Shown here one piece after another: positions 50,601 to 58,921 of a stretch of DNA of 64,000 nt. The stretch covers positions 66,979-130,978 of the forward strand of contig CP064975.1 in the NCBI GenBank assembly GCA_016699425.1, read 5' to 3'. Below the pieces are notes generated by a model that saw only the letters and a list, made by a program, of their open reading frames with translations, made no database searches and was not told the DNA's origin. Each line of letters opens with the position of its first letter. Within the stretch, counting starts at the first letter, position 1. The position numbers and the translations under genes were made by a program. The stretch comes from Candidatus Moraniibacteriota bacterium (GTDB lineage Bacteria > Patescibacteriota > Minisyncoccia > Moranbacterales > UBA1568).

Positions 50601-51098
50601 AGTGATGCCACGCTCGCTGCTTCCGGTGCCGTGACGATCGCCGCCAATGCGGTCGCCCTTGGTACCGACACCACCGGCGACTATGTTTCCTCCGCCACCG
50701 CTTCGGGTGGTCTCACCCTGACCGGGACCGAAGGCGGCTCGCTGGGCATTCTCCTCCAACCCTCCGCTGATGCCCTCTCCGCTACCACGAGCTCAGGCTC
50801 TGGCCTCCAACTCCTCGCGACGGGTCTCACCTTGCTTCAGGGCTGTGCGAACAATGAGGTCTTAGCCTGGAATGAAACGACGGATGTCTGGAGTTGTGCC
50901 AGTATTGCCGGTACGGGTGGAGTCACCGGCACCGGAGCCACAGGTCAAGTCACCTACTGGACGGGCACGAGTACGGTCGCGGGTGAGAATCAATTGAATG
51001 TCTCTCGGGGCGGCACCGGGGTGGATGGCTCAGCCGTCACCAATGGGCAGCTCCTCATCGGGCACGATGCGAACAACAACTTCTCCTCGCGGCTCTGA
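44577..51098 (+). CDS. giant repetitive surface protein, fragment 2 of 4
   Basis: Continuous with fragment 1 once the C5 and A3 run lengths are set to those of the identical downstream copy; it ends at a 1-nt-short C-run in a repeat junction. Confidence 0.8.
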   Translation: MSRQAMSSSQVVSVSLHLGAKVNLTTAVTGTLPVANGGTGASSLTDLIALTTHTTGNYVATITSGNGLTGGNGGSEGAALTLGLDLLDADDSTGAIASNSGLEFQGAGNNELTLLQGCADLEILAWDNTTNEWECATVSGVGGLSGSGINGQVTYWTGTSTLSSEAQLHVSRGGTGVNGSAAVNGSLLIGNGTGYTLTTLTDGTGVSITEGSGTITIASTLGTDINLASAEVTGTLPVANGGTGAATLASNGVLYGNGTGIVQVTTAGTTGQFLVANGSGVPTFVSMGTDATLAASGAITIAANAVALTTDTTGNYVQSITNGNGLTGGAAGSEGATLTLGLDLLDSADGTGSTASNSGLEFQGASSNELTLLQGCANNDVLAWVDASNSWACTSVGGVGAGDITAIGDAVSGDAFTASGTAGTSLYFYDASGRGQLTIADLSAPHTYTLPDTTGTLITNGDTGTVTGTMITDNTIEEVDLEATNAATNGYILSYDSGTGGFTWISNTGGTGSSKWTDSGAITYLTDTTDSLAIGGSTSNASKFYFDVATGNQIIFEGTGADDANETSLIIANPSTDRTITLADLSGTVILSGHSFTGDVTATLDSDNSTALTIAADAVALGTDTTGDYVSSATASGGLTLTGTEGASLGILLQPSADALSATTSSGSGLQLLATGLTLLQGCANNEVLSWNETSDTWGCSSVSGVGGVTGSGANNQVAYWTGTSSLAGENQLNVSRGGTGVNGSAAANGSLLIGNGTGYTLATLTDGTGINITEAAGSITVAVTSAVPTSIVNDTNVTGSISSNVLTLGWTGQLSVARGGTGASTLTSNGVLYGNGSSAVAATAAGTSAQLLVANGSGVPTFVSMSGDVTITNAGVSAIGANTVALTTDTTGNYVQSITNGNGLTGGAAGSEGATLTLGLDLLDSADGTGSTASNSGLEFQGASSNELALLQGCADNEILSWNNATNVWQCATVSGVGGITGSGTNGQVTYWTGTSTLAGENQLSVTRGGTGLGSYTIGDLLYATGATTLAALPDVATGNVLLSGGIGVAPSWGKVNLTTAVTGTLPVANGGTGASSLTDLIALTTHTTGNYVATITSGNGLNGSASSEGATPTLALGALTADWNQTGAFDFSLNNASSELKILESAGAAFYGVLDVGDLSGSDKTYTFPNASGTVALLDGGQTFTNATWNGTTIGVANGGTGATTLTPNGVLYGNGTGIVQVTTAGTTGQFLVANGSGVPTFVSMSSDATLAASGAVTIAANAVALGTDTTGDYVSSATASGGLTLTGTEGGSLGILLQPSADALSATTSSGSGLQLLATGLTLLQGCANNEVLAWNETTDVWSCASIAGTGGVTGTGATGQVTYWTGTSTVAGENQLSVSRGGTGIGSYAVGDVIYASGTSTLSKLTAGSDGQVLILAGGVPTWNTIGGGGGGGVTADSLDFTEFQDTLDLDAALTLNQTTNTWSQSFTGTTTTGFAYTATSLTTGSALNLTTTNTATTNTALSAAQFNLTNAQATNANTNGVTGLAVNFTNNPSAAGNSEYAVRIQNQSTSNTTDNALAALLLLDNADTTATGTTIVTDAIAITNSGGSNFTNFLNTPTLDISAAGAITGATGITSSGNITFSGLTPNSFLYSGTGGLLTTTTAPTNGQLLIGSTGVAPVAAALTQGTGITVTNGAGSITVASTLGTSVDLTTEVTGTLPVANGGTGATTLTPNGVLYGNGTGIVQVTTAGTTGQFLVANGSGVPTFVSMSSDATLAASGAVTIAANAVALGTDTTGDYVSSATASGGLTLTGTEGGSLGILLQPSADALSATTSSGSGLQLLATGLTLLQGCANNEVLAWNETTDVWSCASIAGTGGVTGTGATGQVTYWTGTSTVAGENQLNVSRGGTGVDGSAVTNGQLLIGHDANNNFSLAALTQGTGITVTNGAGSITVASTLGTSVDLTTEVTGTLPVGNGGTGAATLASNGVLYGNGTGIVQVTTAGTTGQFLVANGSGVPTFVSMSSDATLAASGAVTIAANAVALGTDTTGDYVSSATASGGLTLTGTEGGSLGILLQPSADALSATTSSGSGLQLLATGLTLLQGCANNEVLAWNETTDVWSCASIAGTGGVTGTGATGQVTYWTGTSTVAGENQLNVSRGGTGVDGSAVTNGQLLIGHDANNNFSSRL

Positions 51099-52040
51099 CC
51101 CAAGGGACGGGTATCACCGTCACCAATGGCGCGGGGAGTATCACGGTGGCGTCCACCCTCGGCACCAGTGTTGACCTCACCACCGAAGTCACCGGGACGC
51201 TCCCGGTCGGAAACGGCGGCACCGGGGCAGCCACCCTCGCGAGTAATGGCGTCCTCTACGGCAATGGTACGGGCATCGTCCAGGTCACCACCGCGGGCAC
51301 CACCGGTCAATTCCTCGTCGCCAATGGCAGTGGAGTCCCCACTTTTGTTTCCATGAGTAGTGATGCCACGCTCGCTGCTTCCGGTGCCGTGACGATCGCC
51401 GCCAATGCGGTCGCCCTTGGTACCGACACCACCGGCGACTATGTTTCCTCCGCCACCGCTTCGGGTGGTCTCACCCTGACCGGGACCGAAGGCGGCTCGC
51501 TGGGCATCCTCCTCCAACCCTCCGCTGATGCCCTCTCCGCTACCACGAGCTCAGGCTCTGGCCTCCAACTCCTCGCGACGGGTCTCACCTTGCTTCAGGG
51601 CTGTGCGAACAATGAGGTCTTAGCCTGGAATGAAACGACGGATGTCTGGAGTTGTGCCAGTATTGCCGGTACGGGTGGAGTCACCGGCACCGGAGCCACA
51701 GGTCAAGTCACCTACTGGACGGGCACGAGTACGGTCGCGGGTGAGAATCAATTGAATGTCTCTCGGGGCGGCACCGGGGTGGATGGCTCAGCCGTCACCA
51801 ATGGGCAGCTTCTCATCGGTCACGATGCCAACAACAATTTCTCCTCGCGGCTCTGACCCAAGGGACGGGTATCACCGTCACCAATGGCGCGGGGAGTATC
51901 ACGGTGGCGTCCACCCTCGGCACCAGTGTTGACCTCACCACCGAAGTCACCGGGACGCTCCCGGTCGGAAACGGCGGCACCGGGGCAGCCACCCTCGCGA
52001 GTAATGGCGTCCTCTACGGCAATGGTACGGGCATCGTCCA
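49577..52040 (+). repeat. tandem near-identical ~758-bp coding repeats (3 full units + partial 4th)
   Basis: Units start at ~49577, 50335, 51093 and 51851 (GCTCTGACCCAAGGGACGGG...). Confidence 0.85.
51146..51856 (+). CDS. giant repetitive surface protein, fragment 3 of 4 (one repeat unit)
   Basis: Identical to the previous unit; bounded by the same CC-versus-CCC junction defect on both sides. Confidence 0.7.
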   Translation: MASTLGTSVDLTTEVTGTLPVGNGGTGAATLASNGVLYGNGTGIVQVTTAGTTGQFLVANGSGVPTFVSMSSDATLAASGAVTIAANAVALGTDTTGDYVSSATASGGLTLTGTEGGSLGILLQPSADALSATTSSGSGLQLLATGLTLLQGCANNEVLAWNETTDVWSCASIAGTGGVTGTGATGQVTYWTGTSTVAGENQLNVSRGGTGVDGSAVTNGQLLIGHDANNNFSSRL

Positions 52041-55000
52041 GGTCACCACCGCGGGCACCACCGGTCAATTCCTCGTCGCCAATGGTTCCGGGGTCCCGAC
52101 CTTTGTCTCGCTGAGTAGCGATGTCACGATCAGTAATGCAGGGGTTGCCACCATCGCCGCCGATGCCGTCGCTCTCACCACCGACACGACGGGGAACTAT
52201 GTCGCCAATGTTGCGAATGGCAACGGCATCACTGGAGGCAGTGCTGGATCTGAAGGGGCTTCCCTCACCCTCACCCTTGATCTCCTCGACTCCGCCGATG
52301 GCACGGGTTCTACCTCCTCTAACTCTGGCCTCGAGTTCCAAGGTGCGTCCTCCAATGAGCTCGCCCTCCTTCAGGGGTGTGCCGACAATGAAATCCTCTC
52401 TTGGAACAATACGACCAATGTCTGGCAGTGTGCCACCGTCAGTGGTGTCGGAGGCATCTCAGGCACCGGCACATCGGGTCACGTCGCCTTCTGGACTGGC
52501 ACCTCTTCCCTTTCCTCGGAAGCCCAACTCTCAGTCAGTCGGGGTGGCACCGGCCTCGACGGCTCAGCGGCGGCCAATGGCACCCTCCTCATCGGTAATG
52601 GTACAGGCTACACGCTCGCTACCTTGACCGACGGCACCGGCATCAGTATCACCGAAGGCGCGGGCACGATCACGGTCGCGAGTACCCTCGGCACTTCCAT
52701 CGCTGCGGGCGAAGTCGACGCCGACTCCCTCGACTTCACCGAATTCCAAGACACCCTCGACCTCGATGCGGCTCTCACCTTGAACCAAACCACCAATACC
52801 TGGGCACAGACCTTCACCGGCACAACGACCACGGGCTTTGCGTATACGGCCACCTCGCTCACCACCGGGAGTGCCCTCAACCTGACGACGACGAATACCG
52901 CCACCGCCAACACCGCCCTCACTCCGGTCAGCTTCAACCTGACCAATGCCCAATCCACCCTCGCCAACACCAATGGTGTCACGGGCCTGGCGGTCAACTT
53001 CACCAACAATCCATCTGTCGCCGGCAACAGCGAGTACGCCGTCCGCATCCAGAATCAAGACACAAACAATACGACCGACAATGCTCTCTCTGCCCTCCTC
53101 CTCCTCGACAATGCGGATACGACGACATCCGGCACGACCATCGTCACCGATGCCATCGCTATCACCAACAGTGGGGGATCAAACTTCACCACTTTCCTCA
53201 ATACCCCAACCCTCGACATCAGTGCCGCCGGAGCGATCACGGGCGCGACTGGCATCACCTCCTCCGGCAATATCACCTTCTCTAGTCTCACGGCCAACAG
53301 CTTCCTCTACTCCGGTACGGGTGGCCTCCTCACCACGACCAGTGCTCCCACCAATGGTCAACTCCTCATCGGCAGTACGGGTGTGGCTCCCGTAGCGGCC
53401 GCTCTGACTCAAGGCGCTGGCATCACCGTCACGAATGGCGCCGGGAGTATCACCATCGCCTCGACTTTGGGGACGAGTGTGGACGGGAGTGAGATCACCG
53501 ATAACACCGTCGAGGAAGTCGATCTCGAGGTAACCAATGCGCCGACGGGCGGCTATGTGCTGACCTATGATGCCGGTACGGGCGGCTTCACCTGGGTCGA
53601 TGCGGGCGGTCTCGGCAATTCGAAGTGGACCGATTCGGGTACGCTCACGTATCTCACGCAGACATCTGACGATGTTGCTTTCGGCGGCTCGACCACGACC
53701 TCGGCGCGTTTCGTTTTCGATGTCACCACCGGCAATCAAATCCTCTTTGAGGGCACCGGCGCGGATGATGCGAATGAAACGACACTCGTCATCACCAATC
53801 CGACTGCCGACCGGACGATCACCCTGCCGAATCTGACTGGTACCGTCGCCACCATCGATGGGGGACAGACGTTCACAAGCGCGACCTGGAACGGCACAGC
53901 TATCAGCGCTCAATACGGTGGCACGGGTCTCGACGGTTCAGCCGCGGCCAATGGCACGCTTCTCATCGGTAATGGCTCAGGCTACACCCTCGCCACCCTC
54001 ACCGACGGTACCGGTATCACTATTTCTGAAGGCGCAGGGAGTATCACCATCGCCTCGACCCTCGGTACCTCGGTTGATCTCGCCAGTGAAGTCACCGGGA
54101 CACTCCCTGTCGGGAATGGCGGCACCGGCGCCACCACCTTCACGAGTAACGGCGTCCTCTATGGCAATGGCACCGGTGCCGTCCAAGTCACTGCCGCTGG
54201 CACCAGTGCTCAACTTCTCGTGGCCAATGGCTCCGGGGTCCCGACCTTTGTCACCCTCTCGAGTGATGCAACCATCTCCAATGCCGGTGTCCTTACCGTG
54301 GCGGCCGATGCCGTCGCCCTCACCACCGACACCACCGGCAACTATGTCGCCAATGCCCAGACGAGTGTACTGACTGGTCTCACGGGCGGCTCCGCGGGGA
54401 GTGAAGGGGCGTCCCTCACCCTCGGCCTCGATTACTCGCAAGCCCTCACCGGCGATGTCGGCCTCGCGGCCAATGCCGGTGTCTTCGGTCAATCTGGCTT
54501 TGCCTTTGAGGGGAGTACAGCCAATACGATTGAGACCTACCTCGTCATCAGCGACCCGACGACGACGGACAAAACGATCACTTTCCCGGACGCTTCAGGC
54601 ACGGTTGCGGTCTCGGGATCGGGTGGTCTCTCTGTCTCGGCGCTTGGGGACATTACTTGTTCCACCTGTGTCGTATCAGGAGGAACATTGTTCACAGCGG
54701 CGGGCACTTCAGGTTCCAATCAGACCATCGCTCAAGGCGACACCCTGACGATCGCTGCGGGCACGGGTATCACCACAACGGGTGGAGCAACGGATACGAT
54801 TACTATTGCGAGTACGCTCGGGACTTCTATCTCCGCTGGAGAAGTCGACGCCGACTCCCTCGACTTCACCGAGTTCCAAGACACCCTCGACCTCGATGCG
54901 GCCCTCACCCTGAACCAAACCACCAATACCTGGGCACAGACCTTCACCGGCACAACGACCACGGGCTTTGCGTATACGGCTGACGCTCTCACCTCTGGCT

Positions 55001-58000
55001 CTGCCCTCACCCTCGCTTCTGCCGCCGCCGCCCTCACCGGGAGCCTGGAGACCATCACTCTCTCCGGTAGTAACGCTGCCAATACCGGCTCCCTCCTCGA
55101 CCTCCAGAACACGGGTACCGCCAATGCCAACACCTCCCTCCTCATCCAGCACAATGCCACCGGCACCGGCAACCTCGCCTTCCGCGTGAATGATGTGGCG
55201 AGTGACACCTCCCCCTTCGTCATTGATGGGACAGGGAATGTGGGGATCGGGACGGCGGCACCGAGTCTTCCGCTGCACGTCTCACGAAGCACGGGGGGTA
55301 CGTATAACAAGTTAGCCGGATTGTATGTTCCAGACATAACGACGGGTCAGTATGTGGAAGCCCCAATCGGTAGGAGCGAGACGGTACGCAATAGGGCAAG
55401 TTGGTCATTTCTCTATGATGGAGATGGCAGTGCGAATAATGCGATGGGGCTGCTTTTCTACGGGGATTCGTCTGCACGTATTACTGCGCTCGCCTCGGGG
55501 AATTTCGGTATCGGCGATACCTCTCCTGCTTCACTCTTTACGGTCGGAGATGGAGATGCCTTCCAAGTGAATTCAACCGGCGCGATTGTGGCTGCCACCG
55601 GCATCATCTCGAGCGGCACCATCACCTTCAGCGGGTTCACGAGTAATGGCGGTGTCTTATATACCAACGGTTCCGGTACTTTGGCTCAGGCGACGGCAGG
55701 GACGAGCACCCAGGTGCTTCTCGGTGGCGCGACCCCGAGTTTCGGTACTATCGGCGCCTCCTCCGTCACCGCCGACTCCCTCGACTTCACCGAATTCCAA
55801 GACACCCTCGACCTCGATGCCAACCTCACCCTGAATCAAACGACCAATACCTGGGCACAGTCGTTCACGGGCACAACGACCACAGGCTTTGCGTATACGG
55901 CGGATGCACTGACTTCGGGATATGCTGAGACGCTCAATGTGAACGGTGCAGCCGTTCTCACCACTGGCGGTGCTCTCAACATCGATGGTCCGACCGGGGC
56001 GGCGACGATGAATACCACTACGGGCCTCCTTAATATCTCCTCGACCGGGGCCATCACGAACTCCACCACGGGCGCGGGGTCCGGCTCCCTCTTCCAGGTG
56101 ACCGGCAACGGAGCCATCACCCCGACCCTCGCCTCGATCTCAGATACCTCGGTCATGACGACGACCGGCAAGCTCCTCGATCTAACGGCTGATGCGGCCA
56201 CCACTACAACTGGCCTCCTCACTATGAATGCGGCTGGTTTGACCACTGGCTACGCTCAGAATATTAACGTGAATGGCGCCGCGGTCCTCACCTCGGGCGG
56301 GGCGATCAATATCGTCGGTCCGACGGGAGCAGCAGCTCAGGCGGCAGGCGCGCTCCTCAAGATCACTACGACGGGCGCAGTCACAGGAACAGCCGGTACG
56401 GGCAACTCGCTCCAGGTGACGAGTGGCACGGTTACGGGAACAGTGGCTTCCATCACAGATGCTGCTGTGATGACGACGACGGGCTCTCTCCTCACTCTTA
56501 CAGGTAACTCCGCGACGACCACAACGGGTCTCTTGCAAGTGAATGCCAATGCCCTCACCTCCGGCTCGGCCGTGAACATCGCCTCCTCCTCCGTCGCCTT
56601 CACCGGCTCCCTCGAATCCATCACCCTCTCTGGCTCCAATGCCGCCAATACCGGCAACCTCCTCCTCATCGCCGATACCGGGGCCCTCAATACCACCACC
56701 TCCTTCAAAGTCACCGCCAATGGTGCGGCTACTCAAGTTGCCGCCCTGATCGAAAACACCGGCTCCGGTACGAGTTTCCGCGTCAATGATGTCGCTAGTG
56801 ACACCGACCCCTTCCTCATTGATGCCTCGGGTCAGGTCGGGATCGGGGACGCCACCCCCAACACAATTCTGGATGTCCTCTCCTCTGGAGCAGCGGACAC
56901 TATCTTTACTCTCGCCAATACCAATGCCGGTGACTATGACCCCGTCGTCAAGTTTGAACTGACTGAAGGCACCCCCCTCTTCACCCTCGGCATCGATGAC
57001 TCTGACTCGGACAAGTTCAAGATCTACTCGGGTGATGGCCTCGCCAGTGGGGATGAGTTTGTCATTGACGCGAGCGGCACCACCACCATCGCTAACCTCA
57101 ACCTGGGCGCTACCTCCTTTGATGAGAACGCGGGAGCAGTGACCTGGATCGATATGCCGGTGACGAGTGCGGCGACTTCCGGGACCGTCGAGAGCTACAC
57201 CGCGGCCATCGATGGGACGAGCTTCCTCACGGTGTACGCGCAGTCGAACGGTTCGGGCGGTCTTGATACAGCGCAGTCCGCAGTGAAATCCGACGTCGAG
57301 CTCGATGCTACTGTCGACGGCTTGGCTACCAAGGTCAATGCTGGAGCCTGCAGCGATACGACTTTCACGCGTGACACCAACGGTACGATCTGTGTCGATT
57401 CCACCAACGGTCGCATCTATTTCCGCTACGGTGGCGCTTGGCACTACTCTGCCCAGACGGCTGGCTTTCAGATCCCGAGCTATGAAACGGCCCCTTTGAG
57501 TAAACTTACCAGTGACGCTGAGACCGAGTTAGAAAACGCGCTGCCCTTCGATACGACCAATCATCCAGAGTACCTCACTCAAAGACTTCAGGCGGGTGAA
57601 TTCCTCATCCCGTATGTGGATGAGTATCTCGAGGATGGTGCGGTCCACGGCCTGTACGCTCGCTTCGGTGATGTGAAGAGCAAGCTTTTCGGTGAGGAAC
57701 AGCAGCAGATCGCTGATCTCTCCCTCCAGACAACAGCGAATATCACGACGCTTTCCGAACTCCAGACGAGTGTCGACGAACAGCTCTTGCTCGCGAGTAC
57801 AAACCTGACGGCTTTCGCCACAAAGGATACCGAGATCGATGCGAAGCTCGCCGAACACGATACGTACTTCGCTCGTGACCTCGCCCGGCTCGATACACTC
57901 GATACATTGACTGCACAAATCGCACTCGACCAGAACACGCTCGCGGCCAATCTTACCAGTATCCAGTCCGATATGGTGACGCTCACGGCACAGGTGGGGA

Positions 58001-58461
58001 CGCTGACCGAATTCTTCAACGCCTTCGATCTCGGCAATATGATCGCCAAGGATGAGCTCGGTAATGTTGATCTCCTCGGTGGGGCACTCCGTGCTAAGTC
58101 GCTGGCGACTGGCGGAATTACGATTGAAGTATCAGATGCAGAGGCACCAACTATCGGGACGGCGACGGTATTGCCTGTGGTGACGGATACGGATGGTGAT
58201 GGCAAAGATGATGAGACCGGTTCGGACGGACGAAGTATCGAGATCCGGACCAAGGCGATGATCCCGATGGTGAACGGCTCGCGTATCTTCACGAGTTTCA
58301 AAGGCAATCCGAATGCCTTTAGCTGGGTCGAAAAGGTGCGTGACGGGGACGGGGACTATGTTGGGTTCAAGATTCGGCTCTCGGAAAAGGTCGATGAGGC
58401 GGTAAAAGTTGACTGGTGGCTAATCGAACAAAAAGATACATTCTCCGCAGCGACACCATAG
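51904..58461 (+). CDS. giant repetitive surface protein, fragment 4 of 4 (C-terminal, includes non-repetitive C-terminal domain)
   Basis: Repeats continue to ~57.2 kb, followed by a unique ~400 aa C-terminal domain. Confidence 0.8.
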   Translation: MASTLGTSVDLTTEVTGTLPVGNGGTGAATLASNGVLYGNGTGIVQVTTAGTTGQFLVANGSGVPTFVSLSSDVTISNAGVATIAADAVALTTDTTGNYVANVANGNGITGGSAGSEGASLTLTLDLLDSADGTGSTSSNSGLEFQGASSNELALLQGCADNEILSWNNTTNVWQCATVSGVGGISGTGTSGHVAFWTGTSSLSSEAQLSVSRGGTGLDGSAAANGTLLIGNGTGYTLATLTDGTGISITEGAGTITVASTLGTSIAAGEVDADSLDFTEFQDTLDLDAALTLNQTTNTWAQTFTGTTTTGFAYTATSLTTGSALNLTTTNTATANTALTPVSFNLTNAQSTLANTNGVTGLAVNFTNNPSVAGNSEYAVRIQNQDTNNTTDNALSALLLLDNADTTTSGTTIVTDAIAITNSGGSNFTTFLNTPTLDISAAGAITGATGITSSGNITFSSLTANSFLYSGTGGLLTTTSAPTNGQLLIGSTGVAPVAAALTQGAGITVTNGAGSITIASTLGTSVDGSEITDNTVEEVDLEVTNAPTGGYVLTYDAGTGGFTWVDAGGLGNSKWTDSGTLTYLTQTSDDVAFGGSTTTSARFVFDVTTGNQILFEGTGADDANETTLVITNPTADRTITLPNLTGTVATIDGGQTFTSATWNGTAISAQYGGTGLDGSAAANGTLLIGNGSGYTLATLTDGTGITISEGAGSITIASTLGTSVDLASEVTGTLPVGNGGTGATTFTSNGVLYGNGTGAVQVTAAGTSAQLLVANGSGVPTFVTLSSDATISNAGVLTVAADAVALTTDTTGNYVANAQTSVLTGLTGGSAGSEGASLTLGLDYSQALTGDVGLAANAGVFGQSGFAFEGSTANTIETYLVISDPTTTDKTITFPDASGTVAVSGSGGLSVSALGDITCSTCVVSGGTLFTAAGTSGSNQTIAQGDTLTIAAGTGITTTGGATDTITIASTLGTSISAGEVDADSLDFTEFQDTLDLDAALTLNQTTNTWAQTFTGTTTTGFAYTADALTSGSALTLASAAAALTGSLETITLSGSNAANTGSLLDLQNTGTANANTSLLIQHNATGTGNLAFRVNDVASDTSPFVIDGTGNVGIGTAAPSLPLHVSRSTGGTYNKLAGLYVPDITTGQYVEAPIGRSETVRNRASWSFLYDGDGSANNAMGLLFYGDSSARITALASGNFGIGDTSPASLFTVGDGDAFQVNSTGAIVAATGIISSGTITFSGFTSNGGVLYTNGSGTLAQATAGTSTQVLLGGATPSFGTIGASSVTADSLDFTEFQDTLDLDANLTLNQTTNTWAQSFTGTTTTGFAYTADALTSGYAETLNVNGAAVLTTGGALNIDGPTGAATMNTTTGLLNISSTGAITNSTTGAGSGSLFQVTGNGAITPTLASISDTSVMTTTGKLLDLTADAATTTTGLLTMNAAGLTTGYAQNINVNGAAVLTSGGAINIVGPTGAAAQAAGALLKITTTGAVTGTAGTGNSLQVTSGTVTGTVASITDAAVMTTTGSLLTLTGNSATTTTGLLQVNANALTSGSAVNIASSSVAFTGSLESITLSGSNAANTGNLLLIADTGALNTTTSFKVTANGAATQVAALIENTGSGTSFRVNDVASDTDPFLIDASGQVGIGDATPNTILDVLSSGAADTIFTLANTNAGDYDPVVKFELTEGTPLFTLGIDDSDSDKFKIYSGDGLASGDEFVIDASGTTTIANLNLGATSFDENAGAVTWIDMPVTSAATSGTVESYTAAIDGTSFLTVYAQSNGSGGLDTAQSAVKSDVELDATVDGLATKVNAGACSDTTFTRDTNGTICVDSTNGRIYFRYGGAWHYSAQTAGFQIPSYETAPLSKLTSDAETELENALPFDTTNHPEYLTQRLQAGEFLIPYVDEYLEDGAVHGLYARFGDVKSKLFGEEQQQIADLSLQTTANITTLSELQTSVDEQLLLASTNLTAFATKDTEIDAKLAEHDTYFARDLARLDTLDTLTAQIALDQNTLAANLTSIQSDMVTLTAQVGTLTEFFNAFDLGNMIAKDELGNVDLLGGALRAKSLATGGITIEVSDAEAPTIGTATVLPVVTDTDGDGKDDETGSDGRSIEIRTKAMIPMVNGSRIFTSFKGNPNAFSWVEKVRDGDGDYVGFKIRLSEKVDEAVKVDWWLIEQKDTFSAATP

Positions 58462-58921
58462 GAAAATATATATGGATCAAATCAATCGATCACCGTAAAG
58501 AAAAAAAGCAAGCCGAGCTCTCGGGAGGGCTCGGCCAGGCGCGGGATAGTCATGTCTTGGGAAGGGGTGGAAGCACGAACACTCCTCCTCTCCCAAGACA
58601 GGATCATACCACCTGTCTAAACTTCAGGAAGTATAGTCATTAAAACTCCTCCTGAAGTGAACCGACATTCCGCACGAAGCGCTTTTTGAGAAGCGCTTTT
58701 TGCGTTACACCGTATGATAGAGGAAGTGGTCACCCTTTGGCAAACGCGCTGCGGATTTTCTGACGAGAAACACAGTCGATCGGTGGCCGTACGATGGGCG
58801 TATATTCGATGGCACCTGACGATCATGATCGAGGGCTCTTTTGGTGATTTTGGCTTTCTTGCGTCGTCATTTGGGGTGGCGTATAATAGCGTCATTACCG
58901 TATAACCTAAACTATTGCGCT

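Noticed and set aside
58507-58535. GCCGAGC-tctcgggagg-GCTCGGC hairpin after the giant gene as an intrinsic terminator.
   Set aside because: An A-run lies on the upstream side only (suggesting a terminator for the opposite strand, where there is no gene) and there is no downstream T-run; possibly structural but unassignable.
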